From an uncultured bacterium (lineage in GTDB: Bacteria > Krumholzibacteriota > Krumholzibacteriia > Krumholzibacteriales > Krumholzibacteriaceae): 64,000 bases of DNA. Position 1 is the first letter of the stretch; every line of letters begins with the position of its first letter. Shown one piece after another: positions 1 through 9,362 of this stretch. A program made the position numbers and the translations under genes. Below the pieces are notes generated by a model that was not told the origin of the DNA, made no database searches, and saw nothing but the letters and a program-made list of their open reading frames with translations. The stretch lies in NCBI GenBank assembly GCA_965369375.1, contig CBDUQN010000005.1:4053-68052 (forward strand), given 5' to 3'.

Positions 1-123
1 GCCTCGTCGCCCGGCTGCCGAAGCGAGCTCGTCATGCAGACGGCCCTCTCGGGCACCGCAAGCAGGAGTGCGCACGAGAGCAGCGCTGCATTTATTCTCA
101 GAAACATTTAATACCCTCCACTA

Positions 124-3100
124 TCATCGCACGATGGCGAATTTCCGGTATGCCTCGGTCGTTCGCCCGCCCGATGTGACGATAAGCCTGCAGATGTAGA
201 CACCGGAGGCCTTGTTCGACATCGATACGACAAATTCCACCTCGCCTCCCGCAAGGTTCCTTTTATCGTCCTCGATCACGAGCTCTCCGGTAAGGGACAT
301 GATCTCGAGGCGGGCCTGTCCTTCCCCGGGGGCGGTGAAATGAAAATTGATCCGTTCCCCGTCCGACGGATTGGGATACACGATGAGGGTTTTCGAGAGC
401 GCCGGCCATTCGTCCGGTTCCGTGATCCCACCGGCTGATGATCGCTGGTAGGCGGTCCTCAGGGCATCCCCCCATCCGTGAGTCCATGAATCCCGCACCG
501 AAAGGCACGAAAAGGGGATTCGTCGCAATCTGAAATAACTTCCGTCGAGGTATGCGCCGAGAAGACCGCTCACCCCCGGCTCACAGAGTGACGACACGGT
601 GACGAGATCGATCGCCGAGCCGAACGATCTCGATACCCTTCTCGGATATCCGCTCAAAAGCCCACCGTCGCCTCTGAAGACATAGAGCAATCCATCTTCG
701 GTCCCCGCGACGACGAACACGCCGGAGTCCGTATTGAGAGCGGTGATCGGGGCCGAAATCGTCGTCTCCCACGGAAGCTGATAACTGCTACGCAGCGTCC
801 TCGGCCACCCCCTGACATTTGCGCCCGCGGCGCTTATCGCGTAAATCGTCGGACCGTCCGAATAGAGCAAATCGAGGTATGAATCACCGTCGACGTCGAG
901 AAGGGCGGGCACGGTCGTAATCGACCGTTCCCGGCTTCGCTCCGAAAGCCGTCCACGGGTCCCGAATAGAAGTACCCGTCCCGTTGCATGGAGGATGACA
1001 AACGCCTCATCACCCGTCTCCGATGGATCGATATCACCCCCGATGACCGAGATCTCACCCTCGATCTCCCCTCCCGAAAGCGGGATATAGTGCGGATACC
1101 CGCTCGAGATAGGAAGGCCGGTGAGCCCCCCGGCGCGCGTTTCGATATCGTAGCGGAAGAGCCAGCCTCCCGGTGACGGAACGGTGTGGGCGACGGCGAA
1201 GAAGAGCCCGATCGCCGCGCCGTTCGAATCGGAGGCGACGACGATGTTGCTCACAATGTCATCCGAATGGCCCACCGGTGAGATCCCATCCTCCTCCCGG
1301 CCGAACCGGTCTATGACATGGAGCCGCTTGTCGGCGTCGGCGGCCACGATAAAGATGTTACCCTCAGCCGGCGCTACGACGGGATGTGTGACGAGTGAGG
1401 ATCCAAGGTAGTAGCCGTTCTGCCAACCATCGGGCGCCTGCCAGTCTGTCGTGTTGAACACGTTGACAAAACCCTGCTCTTCACCGATGACGACCGCCGA
1501 GCCCGCATCGGTGAATTCCCGCGCAAGCGCCGCTGGAAGCACGACGGGCGCGCCGCGCCGGAAAACCATCGTTTCCGTTCCGGCGAGCCATCCCGTTCCC
1601 AATTCATCGATGAGGAGTGTTTCGGATCCTCCGGGCAGCGTAAGCGCACCGTTCGCCGCGGGCCGGCTTATGGTGGCTGCGAGTTTCGTCTCCTCGAGAT
1701 CTACTACGCCCGCGTTGAAATGCATCAGGGTATCCCGTGATGTCACATTCCATATCCTCACACCTGTCGGCACGCCCCAATTACTCCACGATGCGGGAAG
1801 CGTGGAGTCTGATAGCAGCGTATTATTGCCGCTGAAGTACGCGTCGTCGTACCAGCCGAGATCAAACCAGGAAGTCGGATCTCCGAGATCCACGACACCG
1901 CTCGCTTCGAGGAGGCTCAGGCCGAAGGGTTTAGAAGCGTTGATCACATTTTCCGCGTACCGTTCGCTTATCAGACGGTCATCGACGTGCCATATCAGAA
2001 GTCCCGGGCCGCCGGTGACCGTCGGCGCAGCGTCGTTCGCCCTCGCTTCGGTCGGCAGATAGAAATCGTATTCGTTCGTGAGTTCCCACTCGTCGTCCTG
2101 CGAAAGCTCACAGGTCACACACATTCCGATGCCGATGATCACTCCGTTCCCGTCGAGAACGAGACCTGTGGCGATTCCGTCCACCTCGCTCGTCCGGTTC
2201 TCGATCAGGAAATATTCGTTCTCACTTGCTTCGACGCGAACGACGCGGGCGGGACACTTCTCGACGGCCCGAAGGGATTGAGCCTCGCCGAAGGTAAAGA
2301 CAGTATCGACTTCGGTCCAGCCGAGCAACGTCTTGCTCCAACCGCACAGGCCTGTGGGAATCACGCCATGGGCGACGCAGCAGTTATCCTCTTCGTCGCA
2401 AACAAGCACATCGGCAAAGCCGCCGCTGTCCATGATGTCCCACATGCCGATGGTCGAGCCGTTGGTATTCGTATTGTAGAGATCGGGAAGGCCGAGCTGG
2501 TGACAGAATTCGTGCGCGAGAACCGACGCGATACCGCCGATGAGACCGTCCTGTATCGCGGTCTCCGGTATTACGGAGCCGTCGACGATCGTATCCCCGC
2601 TGCTGATGGTGAAGCGGTCATCGTCTCCGAGCCGGGCGAAAAAGGAAGGGATGTCGTTCGGCGTATCGTAATTAATGTCACTTTGCAAATTAGCGCCGGC
2701 ATGCACGACGACAATCGCATCATAATCTTCGAAGGGGACGGGATCGGCCGCTGATTGATCAGCTGCGAGAATCGCGTCGCGAAAGAAGGTGACGAGCCGC
2801 TCCGTCGACCAATAGTCGTAGAACCCCGGTCCGTAGTCGGCGATATCCGACAACCGGTAACTCGCGTTCTCATCCGACGGGTACACGTCCCAATCGATCT
2901 CGACGCGGCCGCACGATTGCAGGTAGAAAAAATTCCGAAGGGCCTTCATATGGGAATCAAAATAGCCGCGGTTGTGAGGAGTCGGATCGATGCAGCCGGC
3001 GCCGGCGGCGGTCAGATCGAAATCACCGTCGGCCGCAATGTTATTGAGATCGGGTTGCCTGTTCGATTCGAACGCCACCCTGACGAGAACGACACGTATC

Positions 3101-3378
3101 GTATCGGCTTCGAGTTGGTACGCGCCGAAAACCTGTTTGCGGCGACGGGCCTGTCCGAGGAGATTCCTGCGCGAAGGGCGGTCGAAAGCAAACACACGGG
3201 GCCTGGCACGATCTCCGGCCGCATCACTGGATACATAGCCCTGAAACAGATACCCCGATCCGGCGCGCTTGAACGCGGGTATGCGGCGATTTCCAGAATG
3301 AAGGGGAGAGGCATAGACCAACACAGAAGCCACAAATAGAGCTATACCGATCTGTTTATACAAACGGACCGCTGCCAA
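124..3378 (-). CDS. M6-family (immune inhibitor A-like) zinc metalloprotease with FG-GAP/VCBS-like repeats and C-terminal T9SS sorting domain
   Basis: HExxH zinc motif in the context VLAHEFCHQLGLPDLY (M6/InhA signature HExxHxLGLxDxY); N-terminal signal peptide; DVDGDSYLDLL-type repeats; last ~80 aa resemble a Por/T9SS C-terminal domain (ending ...GVYICRLIVTSGGRTTEAYRKFAIVR). Confidence 0.6.
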   Translation of the reverse strand: MAAVRLYKQIGIALFVASVLVYASPLHSGNRRIPAFKRAGSGYLFQGYVSSDAAGDRARPRVFAFDRPSRRNLLGQARRRKQVFGAYQLEADTIRVVLVRVAFESNRQPDLNNIAADGDFDLTAAGAGCIDPTPHNRGYFDSHMKALRNFFYLQSCGRVEIDWDVYPSDENASYRLSDIADYGPGFYDYWSTERLVTFFRDAILAADQSAADPVPFEDYDAIVVVHAGANLQSDINYDTPNDIPSFFARLGDDDRFTISSGDTIVDGSVIPETAIQDGLIGGIASVLAHEFCHQLGLPDLYNTNTNGSTIGMWDIMDSGGFADVLVCDEEDNCCVAHGVIPTGLCGWSKTLLGWTEVDTVFTFGEAQSLRAVEKCPARVVRVEASENEYFLIENRTSEVDGIATGLVLDGNGVIIGIGMCVTCELSQDDEWELTNEYDFYLPTEARANDAAPTVTGGPGLLIWHVDDRLISERYAENVINASKPFGLSLLEASGVVDLGDPTSWFDLGWYDDAYFSGNNTLLSDSTLPASWSNWGVPTGVRIWNVTSRDTLMHFNAGVVDLEETKLAATISRPAANGALTLPGGSETLLIDELGTGWLAGTETMVFRRGAPVVLPAALAREFTDAGSAVVIGEEQGFVNVFNTTDWQAPDGWQNGYYLGSSLVTHPVVAPAEGNIFIVAADADKRLHVIDRFGREEDGISPVGHSDDIVSNIVVASDSNGAAIGLFFAVAHTVPSPGGWLFRYDIETRAGGLTGLPISSGYPHYIPLSGGEIEGEISVIGGDIDPSETGDEAFVILHATGRVLLFGTRGRLSERSRERSITTVPALLDVDGDSYLDLLYSDGPTIYAISAAGANVRGWPRTLRSSYQLPWETTISAPITALNTDSGVFVVAGTEDGLLYVFRGDGGLLSGYPRRVSRSFGSAIDLVTVSSLCEPGVSGLLGAYLDGSYFRLRRIPFSCLSVRDSWTHGWGDALRTAYQRSSAGGITEPDEWPALSKTLIVYPNPSDGERINFHFTAPGEGQARLEIMSLTGELVIEDDKRNLAGGEVEFVVSMSNKASGVYICRLIVTSGGRTTEAYRKFAIVR

Positions 3379-3403
3379 GAGACCGAAAAACCTTTCCCAG
3401 GGG

Positions 3404-4396
3404 TTAAAAGTTTACACCGACGGACCACCGGTGAACCCTGCCGAGTTCCTGGGCCTGTGGTATGCTGGCCCAGTCTATCCGTACCCGGCTGAAGAGAAAA
3501 CCGAGGCCGTATGTCGGGTCTTTCAAGTTGCCGTCTTTGTCGTGCATATAACCCGCACGCACCGCGATCATGTTGATATAAACGAATTCCGTGCCCACGT
3601 GGTAGGTGCTCGAGCGCTTGAACTCGACGAGCGGCCTGTTGACCTCTGAGGTAATGACCCATCTCCCGGCCTCACCGTTAATGGGCATCCACGCGAATCC
3701 CAACCTGAGATTCCGGGGAAGGGGCGCAGCCTGGTCGCTGTTGATAAACGTGATAGATGGTCCGAGGTTCGAAACATTGAGTCCGAGGTTCAGATCCTTC
3801 ACCATGAATCCGAAGAGAGAGAACTCCGGCACCTTCCACAGCCCGCCTATATCCACGGCAACCGAATGGCCTCTACCCGCTTGACCCTCAACGGTTGCTT
3901 CTGGAGGGGCGAGATCGATATAGACGAACTTGAGGTTCATACCGATACCCAATTGATTCTTGATCAGTACTGCTCCGCTCAACGTCGGCGCAACTTCCCA
4001 GGAGGTGAATTTTCCGAGATAGACGTTGTTCGGATCTCTTCCTTCCCACTCACCGTACGTGAGGAATATTATAGAGGCGCCGAATGTGCCGATACCCTCC
4101 ATCCTGAAGGCGCCGCCCATGAATTCGTAAAAGACATCCGAGGCGAGCTCGGGAACGAGCTGGGAATGCATCAGATCGACTGCCCTGTGAACAAACGCGA
4201 GACCGGCCGGATTCCACCAGATACCGGTAGCGTCATCCGCGATGGCCACGTACGTCTGTCCCATACCATTCGCCCTGGCACTCGGCGGAATAATGAGACA
4301 GTGGGCGCCCGCTTCACCTTGAGCGTGAACACCGGAAGTGCTCGCAATCAGAACAATCCCGATCGCTGCCGCAATTCTAACACTTTTCAACTTCAT
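3404..4396 (-). CDS. PorV/PorQ-like outer membrane beta-barrel protein (T9SS-associated)
   Basis: Signal peptide MKLKSVRIAAAIGIVLIASTSGVHAQG; N-terminal motif SARANGMGQTYVAIADDATGIWWNPAGLA typical of the PorV/PorQ (FadL-like) family; C-terminal ...VGVNF aromatic end; sits between two T9SS cargo proteases. Confidence 0.45.
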   Translation of the reverse strand: MKLKSVRIAAAIGIVLIASTSGVHAQGEAGAHCLIIPPSARANGMGQTYVAIADDATGIWWNPAGLAFVHRAVDLMHSQLVPELASDVFYEFMGGAFRMEGIGTFGASIIFLTYGEWEGRDPNNVYLGKFTSWEVAPTLSGAVLIKNQLGIGMNLKFVYIDLAPPEATVEGQAGRGHSVAVDIGGLWKVPEFSLFGFMVKDLNLGLNVSNLGPSITFINSDQAAPLPRNLRLGFAWMPINGEAGRWVITSEVNRPLVEFKRSSTYHVGTEFVYINMIAVRAGYMHDKDGNLKDPTYGLGFLFSRVRIDWASIPQAQELGRVHRWSVGVNF

Positions 4397-4524
4397 AAAC
4401 TCCTCCGTAAGCCCTGATTAACACAATAATAATACCACAGACACCCTCCGGTCAAGCAGTTTGGAGAGAGGTCCTCGCGGCCCCAACAGAATCCCCCCGA
4501 ACGCACCTGTCCGATTCACTCTCC

Positions 4525-7500
4525 CTACCGTAGAATTACCGCCTTTCCCGTTACCGTCTCTTTCTGGTTGTACGAATCCTCGAAATCCGCCTCTATGACA
4601 TAAATGTATGTTCCATTGGCTATTACATCACCGCCGTAATCCCGCCCATCCCAGTATATACTGTTGAATCCCTCGGCGCCGAATAACCTCGCGTCCCAGA
4701 TCTTTATGCCTGATAGATTGAAGATGCTGAATTCTATTGCCGCGGCGCTGCTCAGCTGAAAAACGAAGTTGGTGCTCTCCGTAAATGGATTCGGAAAGTT
4801 AAAGACATCGCTCACCGAATAGCGGCCTTCCTGAACCACCTCGAATTCGAGCGTGTCACTCGAAGCGGCGCCGAGATTGTCGAATGCCTTTATTATCACC
4901 GTATGCTTGCCGGGGATTTCATCGGTCTGGTCATCATCGTGATCGCCGAGCTCGTACTCGACCATACCCCCCGTGTATGAATTTTCCCCGTAATTGAAAT
5001 TCTTCGTAACGAAGATAGGGATCCCGCTGCCGTCGAATTCGAGAAATATCGAATTCTGCGGTTTCGTTTCGAGTATCGCGATTCCGTCCGGATCGGAGAT
5101 CTCCGCGATCAACACGGCGCCCCTCTTGACCTTGGTCGCCTGATTGGTGAAGTAGAGATGGATGTCGGGGCCGCCGTCATTGCCCGGGATGTCATCGGAC
5201 TGGAAAATCAGCAGTGTATCGTTCGCGCCGATGCCGTCGACGTCCGAACCCCACACGTAGCTTCGAACCCTCGCCCCCGGGCCCGTCCTGCACCTGACCG
5301 GCGTGACGAATTCGAAGCTGAATCTCCCCGCGGTCACATCGACCGTTCCCCGGTAGAGCTCCTTTCCGGGGAGGCTGTACCTGACGGGATAGCGAAAGTC
5401 TTTGTAAACGACCACCTTGTCGATCCTCTCCTCCGCCTCCTGGACGATGACATCGGCCTTCCCGTTGAACGAAACATTAACGCCCCCCCCGATGCCGAGG
5501 TAACCCTCAACCCGATAGTGCCTGCCGGTGTACATCGTATCGATTTCCGAAATATCGTGATGGACGATGTATTTGGGCATTGCGAGCCTCACGGCGGGAT
5601 CCCCGAAGAGTACGTACTTGGCGTTATTCCGGAAGTAAGAGGGAAGCAACATCTTCGCATAAATGAGCGCGAATCCCATCGGTTCAACCCCGGTGCTGTC
5701 CTTCGATGTGAATGTGGATCTGAACATCTCCATGTTGAGCGCTGAGTTGGGTGTCCCGTATGTGGGAGAGGCGCCGCTTATGGAAGAAATGGCGCCCCCG
5801 TTATCCATCGTGACCATGTCCTGGCTCATGCTCCGCTGGTCCGGGTCCTCGAAGTCACCTATCGAGCACGAGAAGGAGAGATACAGCGGTCTCTTATTAT
5901 CGTTCTGAAGATCAAACAGATCCGCTTTGAGCATCAGTTGCTCGTCCGCCATCAGAGGCGGCGCACCGTGTCCCGCATAGTTGAATATCAAGGCGCCCTC
6001 GCTCCACGCTTCTATCAGCTTGTCGCTCGCAACCTCATTTCTCGATCCGAGAGGATACGGGTAGTGATGAGAGTATATCTTTTTGTAATCCACGAATGAG
6101 GGAAACGGGCCGAGGCGCGAGCTCATAGCTTCGGCGTCATTCAAGAATGAAAAATCGATAAAGGGAGCGCTCGAATGCTCGTCGTCAGCAGTTAATATCA
6201 CCCGGTTGCGCCACGCGCCTGATTCCCCGCCGTCGGCGTATTGGATGATCCGCTGCGCCCATGAATTCGCCTGCCGCGAGTCGAGAACCGTCATTCTTCC
6301 GATGGCGAAGTCGGGAATACGATCGAAATTGCCGCCTACATCGACGTCCATCTTGACGAGGAAATCCTCGTCCTCCATTGCTTCGTTCTCACCGGAACGG
6401 ATACTCATGTAGAGCGGGATGAAATCCTCGTGCGGCGTCTTGTGCAGGTAGTTCTTCGGATCGTAGTTGCCGTTGCCGATGAGCAGAACATACTGAAGCA
6501 CCGGCTCGGCGCCGACGCGGTAATTTTCATAGAGGAACTTGAGATAGTTCCTGATTGCGACCGGATCCTTTCTCCCGCCCGAAAAGTTGTTGTAGACGTC
6601 GGCGATATCGACCATGTCGACGATCGGATTCCGGACACCGGGGAGATTGCCCGCGTGATAATTCTTCAGCGTGAGCGCGGCATCCCTGAACTCATCGTGA
6701 TAGATGATCATCATATCCGGGCAGGGCGCTTCATCCCTGAGAGAACGGAGCGTGTCGGCGGGAAAGCTTCTCGCCACCTCGATCACCGGCGTCAAAATCC
6801 CCGATTCATCCGAGGCTATGTAGTGACGTGGCGCGCCGTCGAGATCGTCCTCGAAGATAATCGAACCGGCATCCGGCTCCAACCCCGTTAAATGAACTGG
6901 CGAGTCGAAATCGGTGACATCAAAGAGAAACACCGGCCCCTCAGAAAAACCGGTCATGGTAAACAGGGCGGCATTCACGGTGAGCGGCGCGTGGAAATCG
7001 AGCTTGCCGTAGAGCGCCCTGAGTCGGCGCCGGTAATGAATCTCGTACCAGAGTATGAACATCTCGTCATCGTCGAGCTTATGGTTCAGCACGGAGGTAA
7101 AGGTATTCGGCCCGTTGACGAGATTCGTCACCTTTCTCTCTAAAAGCTCCATATATTCCGGATGGTATCCGCCCCACGCAGTCCACGTCAGCGTATCGAC
7201 CCGTGCTCCGTTGATATAGTATGTCGCCGTTTTCTCGTAGCTCTGGGTTTTACTGTAGGATCCGTAGCCGATGGTCCTCAGCAACGCTTCAGATGACGCG
7301 ACGAGATCACTCACCGTGAACCGGTCGTCAAATTGGTTGTTGAGTTTTCCGACGACCCGCATCCAGTACCAGCCGTCGTCCGTATAGACCGGATTGTAGC
7401 GCTTATCATCTTCGAGCCGAAGCCGTCTCGTATAGGCGGTGACATTGATGGCGCCCGGCGCCCCGGAGGGCGAAACGCCCCGTTCATCCATTCTCTTCGG

Positions 7501-8538
7501 TGAACCGGGAAAGCTCCACGTCAACCAGTATGCGTTGCTCGTCTCGTAGCGGTGCTTATAGTATGCCGTGCTGTCCCCGGATGGATCGATATCGTTTACC
7601 CACCCCTCTACTCCCACGCCGTAGAAGAGTATCGAATCGCCGGGAAGAAACTCTCCCGCATCTCTTCCCCGGTAGAGGCAGGCATGCTCGACGAGATGGT
7701 AGTTCTCTTCGAAGCTCCCCCCCGCACTCAGCAGATCGGGCTCCATGCGCGGATCACTCGAAAAGAGTCTCAGTGTGGAAGGATCGATATCGAGAGGATT
7801 GACACCCGCCGTAGTGAGATCGTTGTACGTAATGAGATATATCCCCTGGTTTGTAATCTTCAGCTTGAGCCAGGAGCGCGAGCGGGCGAATTCGAATGGT
7901 GTCCTCTGATAGACGCCGCTCACGACCCGCCTGCTGCGCCAGCGCGCGGCCTGTTCTTTGTTGACAATCAAATGCTCGTGCGGAAACGATACACCGCCCG
8001 TATCTTCACGGGATGGGGGAAACGAGAGCCGAACCACGATCCGGCCCGCGTGCTGGAGTTTCTCCCCGTCGAAAATGACCGGGAAGAAATCGACAAAGGC
8101 GATTGATCTCCCCCTGAACGATCCGACATCGGAGAGCCGAATGAATTCCCGTCCTATCGAATCGACCGATTCCAGTAAAACCCTTTTCTGATCCGCCGGA
8201 GATCCGACACCGTAGACGGTCGGTATCACCCCTTCGAGCGGCTGCACTTCCCGCTCGATCACCTGAAGCCGCACGCCGTCTTGAGCGGTAACCTCGAAGA
8301 GGAAGCGCTTCGCGGGAAGAACCGGCCGGCCCGTTTCCTCGATGAGAGGAAAGCCCGGTATCCGAATCCTGCTCACCCGGGACGTCCCTTCACGTTCGAG
8401 CGGATCGATGAGGGGATCTCCCGTTACGAACTCGACCGTCACGCTGCTCTTGTCCCAGGAAAGCACCCGCGCGACATCCGCACTCGCAGGAGCGCCGACG
8501 ATCATACAGAGTAGGACTGTTACGACTGCGTGCCTCAT
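4525..8538 (-). CDS. Peptidase C25 (gingipain-like) cysteine protease with C-terminal T9SS/FlgD-Ig-like sorting domain
   Basis: Catalytic His motif NYAGHG and catalytic Cys context LSFSCSIGDF (gingipain CxxGDF); C-terminal ~90 aa FlgD-Ig/T9SS-type domain (...GTYIYVIEADFEDSYNQKETVTGKAVILR). The track ORF runs to 8688, but a signal peptide (MRHAVVTVLLCMIVGAPASA) begins at the Met at 8538, which also removes the overlap with the upstream gene. Confidence 0.6.
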   Translation of the reverse strand: MRHAVVTVLLCMIVGAPASADVARVLSWDKSSVTVEFVTGDPLIDPLEREGTSRVSRIRIPGFPLIEETGRPVLPAKRFLFEVTAQDGVRLQVIEREVQPLEGVIPTVYGVGSPADQKRVLLESVDSIGREFIRLSDVGSFRGRSIAFVDFFPVIFDGEKLQHAGRIVVRLSFPPSREDTGGVSFPHEHLIVNKEQAARWRSRRVVSGVYQRTPFEFARSRSWLKLKITNQGIYLITYNDLTTAGVNPLDIDPSTLRLFSSDPRMEPDLLSAGGSFEENYHLVEHACLYRGRDAGEFLPGDSILFYGVGVEGWVNDIDPSGDSTAYYKHRYETSNAYWLTWSFPGSPKRMDERGVSPSGAPGAINVTAYTRRLRLEDDKRYNPVYTDDGWYWMRVVGKLNNQFDDRFTVSDLVASSEALLRTIGYGSYSKTQSYEKTATYYINGARVDTLTWTAWGGYHPEYMELLERKVTNLVNGPNTFTSVLNHKLDDDEMFILWYEIHYRRRLRALYGKLDFHAPLTVNAALFTMTGFSEGPVFLFDVTDFDSPVHLTGLEPDAGSIIFEDDLDGAPRHYIASDESGILTPVIEVARSFPADTLRSLRDEAPCPDMMIIYHDEFRDAALTLKNYHAGNLPGVRNPIVDMVDIADVYNNFSGGRKDPVAIRNYLKFLYENYRVGAEPVLQYVLLIGNGNYDPKNYLHKTPHEDFIPLYMSIRSGENEAMEDEDFLVKMDVDVGGNFDRIPDFAIGRMTVLDSRQANSWAQRIIQYADGGESGAWRNRVILTADDEHSSAPFIDFSFLNDAEAMSSRLGPFPSFVDYKKIYSHHYPYPLGSRNEVASDKLIEAWSEGALIFNYAGHGAPPLMADEQLMLKADLFDLQNDNKRPLYLSFSCSIGDFEDPDQRSMSQDMVTMDNGGAISSISGASPTYGTPNSALNMEMFRSTFTSKDSTGVEPMGFALIYAKMLLPSYFRNNAKYVLFGDPAVRLAMPKYIVHHDISEIDTMYTGRHYRVEGYLGIGGGVNVSFNGKADVIVQEAEERIDKVVVYKDFRYPVRYSLPGKELYRGTVDVTAGRFSFEFVTPVRCRTGPGARVRSYVWGSDVDGIGANDTLLIFQSDDIPGNDGGPDIHLYFTNQATKVKRGAVLIAEISDPDGIAILETKPQNSIFLEFDGSGIPIFVTKNFNYGENSYTGGMVEYELGDHDDDQTDEIPGKHTVIIKAFDNLGAASSDTLEFEVVQEGRYSVSDVFNFPNPFTESTNFVFQLSSAAAIEFSIFNLSGIKIWDARLFGAEGFNSIYWDGRDYGGDVIANGTYIYVIEADFEDSYNQKETVTGKAVILR

Positions 8539-8963
8539 ACCGCCCTCCGGATTAAATAGAATACCACAACGGCGGAACCGATAAACTGAAGCGCCAGGTT
8601 TCCGAAGCCGGCCACTCCCCCATGTCTGATAAATCCGACATGCCCGGGAAATCTCTTCTGCTCGTCGGTGATATGCCCAAGCTTCCACAGCAGATTCTCG
8701 AAGTCGGGCAGAATGGCGAAAGCGACCCCGAGAAGCACCACGGCATTGAAAACCCCCCCGATAGCAAGAAAGGCGATAACAGCGCCCGCAAGAAGGAACT
8801 CGATTTTCATGCTATCGAAATCGTAATGCGGCAGGACGTCCAGCAGGATATGGCTCCCGAGCCCGAAAAACGGCGCCACGTAGACATTCGGCGCCATGGC
8901 GCCGACAAGCGCGCCGGCCGCGATGTGGGTGAAAAGACACAAGGTGAAACCTCCACCGGGCAC
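8535..8963 (-). CDS. Small polytopic membrane protein, possibly YdjM/DUF457-like membrane-bound metal-dependent hydrolase
   Basis: 142 aa, GTG start, several TM helices, conserved His residues (FTHIAAG, GSHILLDVLPHYDF). Assignment by weak motif resemblance only. Confidence 0.3.
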   Translation of the reverse strand: MPGGGFTLCLFTHIAAGALVGAMAPNVYVAPFFGLGSHILLDVLPHYDFDSMKIEFLLAGAVIAFLAIGGVFNAVVLLGVAFAILPDFENLLWKLGHITDEQKRFPGHVGFIRHGGVAGFGNLALQFIGSAVVVFYLIRRAV

Positions 8964-9131
8964 TCAGTCGATCTTTTCCGCCCGGTCGACAAGCATGATA
9001 GGGATATCGTCCTCAATGGGGAAGCGCAGTCGGCACTTGTTGCAGATCAGAGAAGAATCCCCTTCATCAAGCTCCACCTTCTCCTTACAGACGGGACAAG
9101 CGAGAATATCGAGAAGCTCTTTCTTGATCAT
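8964..9131 (-). CDS. Trm112/YcaR-family small zinc-ribbon protein (UPF0434)
   Basis: My own translation of the minus strand gives MIKKELLDILACPVCKEKVELDEGDSSLICNKCRLRFPIEDDIPIMLVDRAEKID (55 aa). The CPxC...CxxC pattern and the IPIMLxDEA motif are typical of Trm112. This ORF is not in the supplied track because it is under 60 aa. Confidence 0.55.
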   Translation of the reverse strand: MIKKELLDILACPVCKEKVELDEGDSSLICNKCRLRFPIEDDIPIMLVDRAEKID

Positions 9132-9157
9132 CCTCTAAATCCTTCCCATAAATAAAT

Positions 9158-9198
9158 ATCCCTGATACACAGGGGTATACCCTTACCCAATCAGGGAT
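9158..9198. repeat. Nested inverted repeat (ATCCCTGAT...ATCAGGGAT enclosing palindrome GGGTATACCC)
   Basis: Seen directly in the sequence between the accA 3' end and the trm112-like start. Possible RNA hairpin or operator. Confidence 0.4.
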
Positions 9199-9362
9199 GT
9201 GCAACACTATAAGTTTTCCACCTCGCTAGCTGGCTCTATAATAATAAGAAAAACAGGGTTGTCCGGTCAAGTCAAAATACCGATAATCGCGCCCGCGACT
9301 CCTCGGGTCCCCCCGCCGGCTTCGAGAGAATCGGTCTATCCCTACACTACATCTTTGCATCT

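Noticed and set aside
1-123. Possible 5' end of a minus-strand gene running off the window (ATG at ~35)
   Set aside because: Only ~11 codons are visible, so no identity can be assigned.
8538-8688. N-terminal 50 aa of the track ORF 4525-8688 overlapping the upstream membrane-protein gene
   Set aside because: A canonical signal peptide starts at the internal Met (8538) and the upstream gene ends at 8535. The 8688 start is an over-extension.
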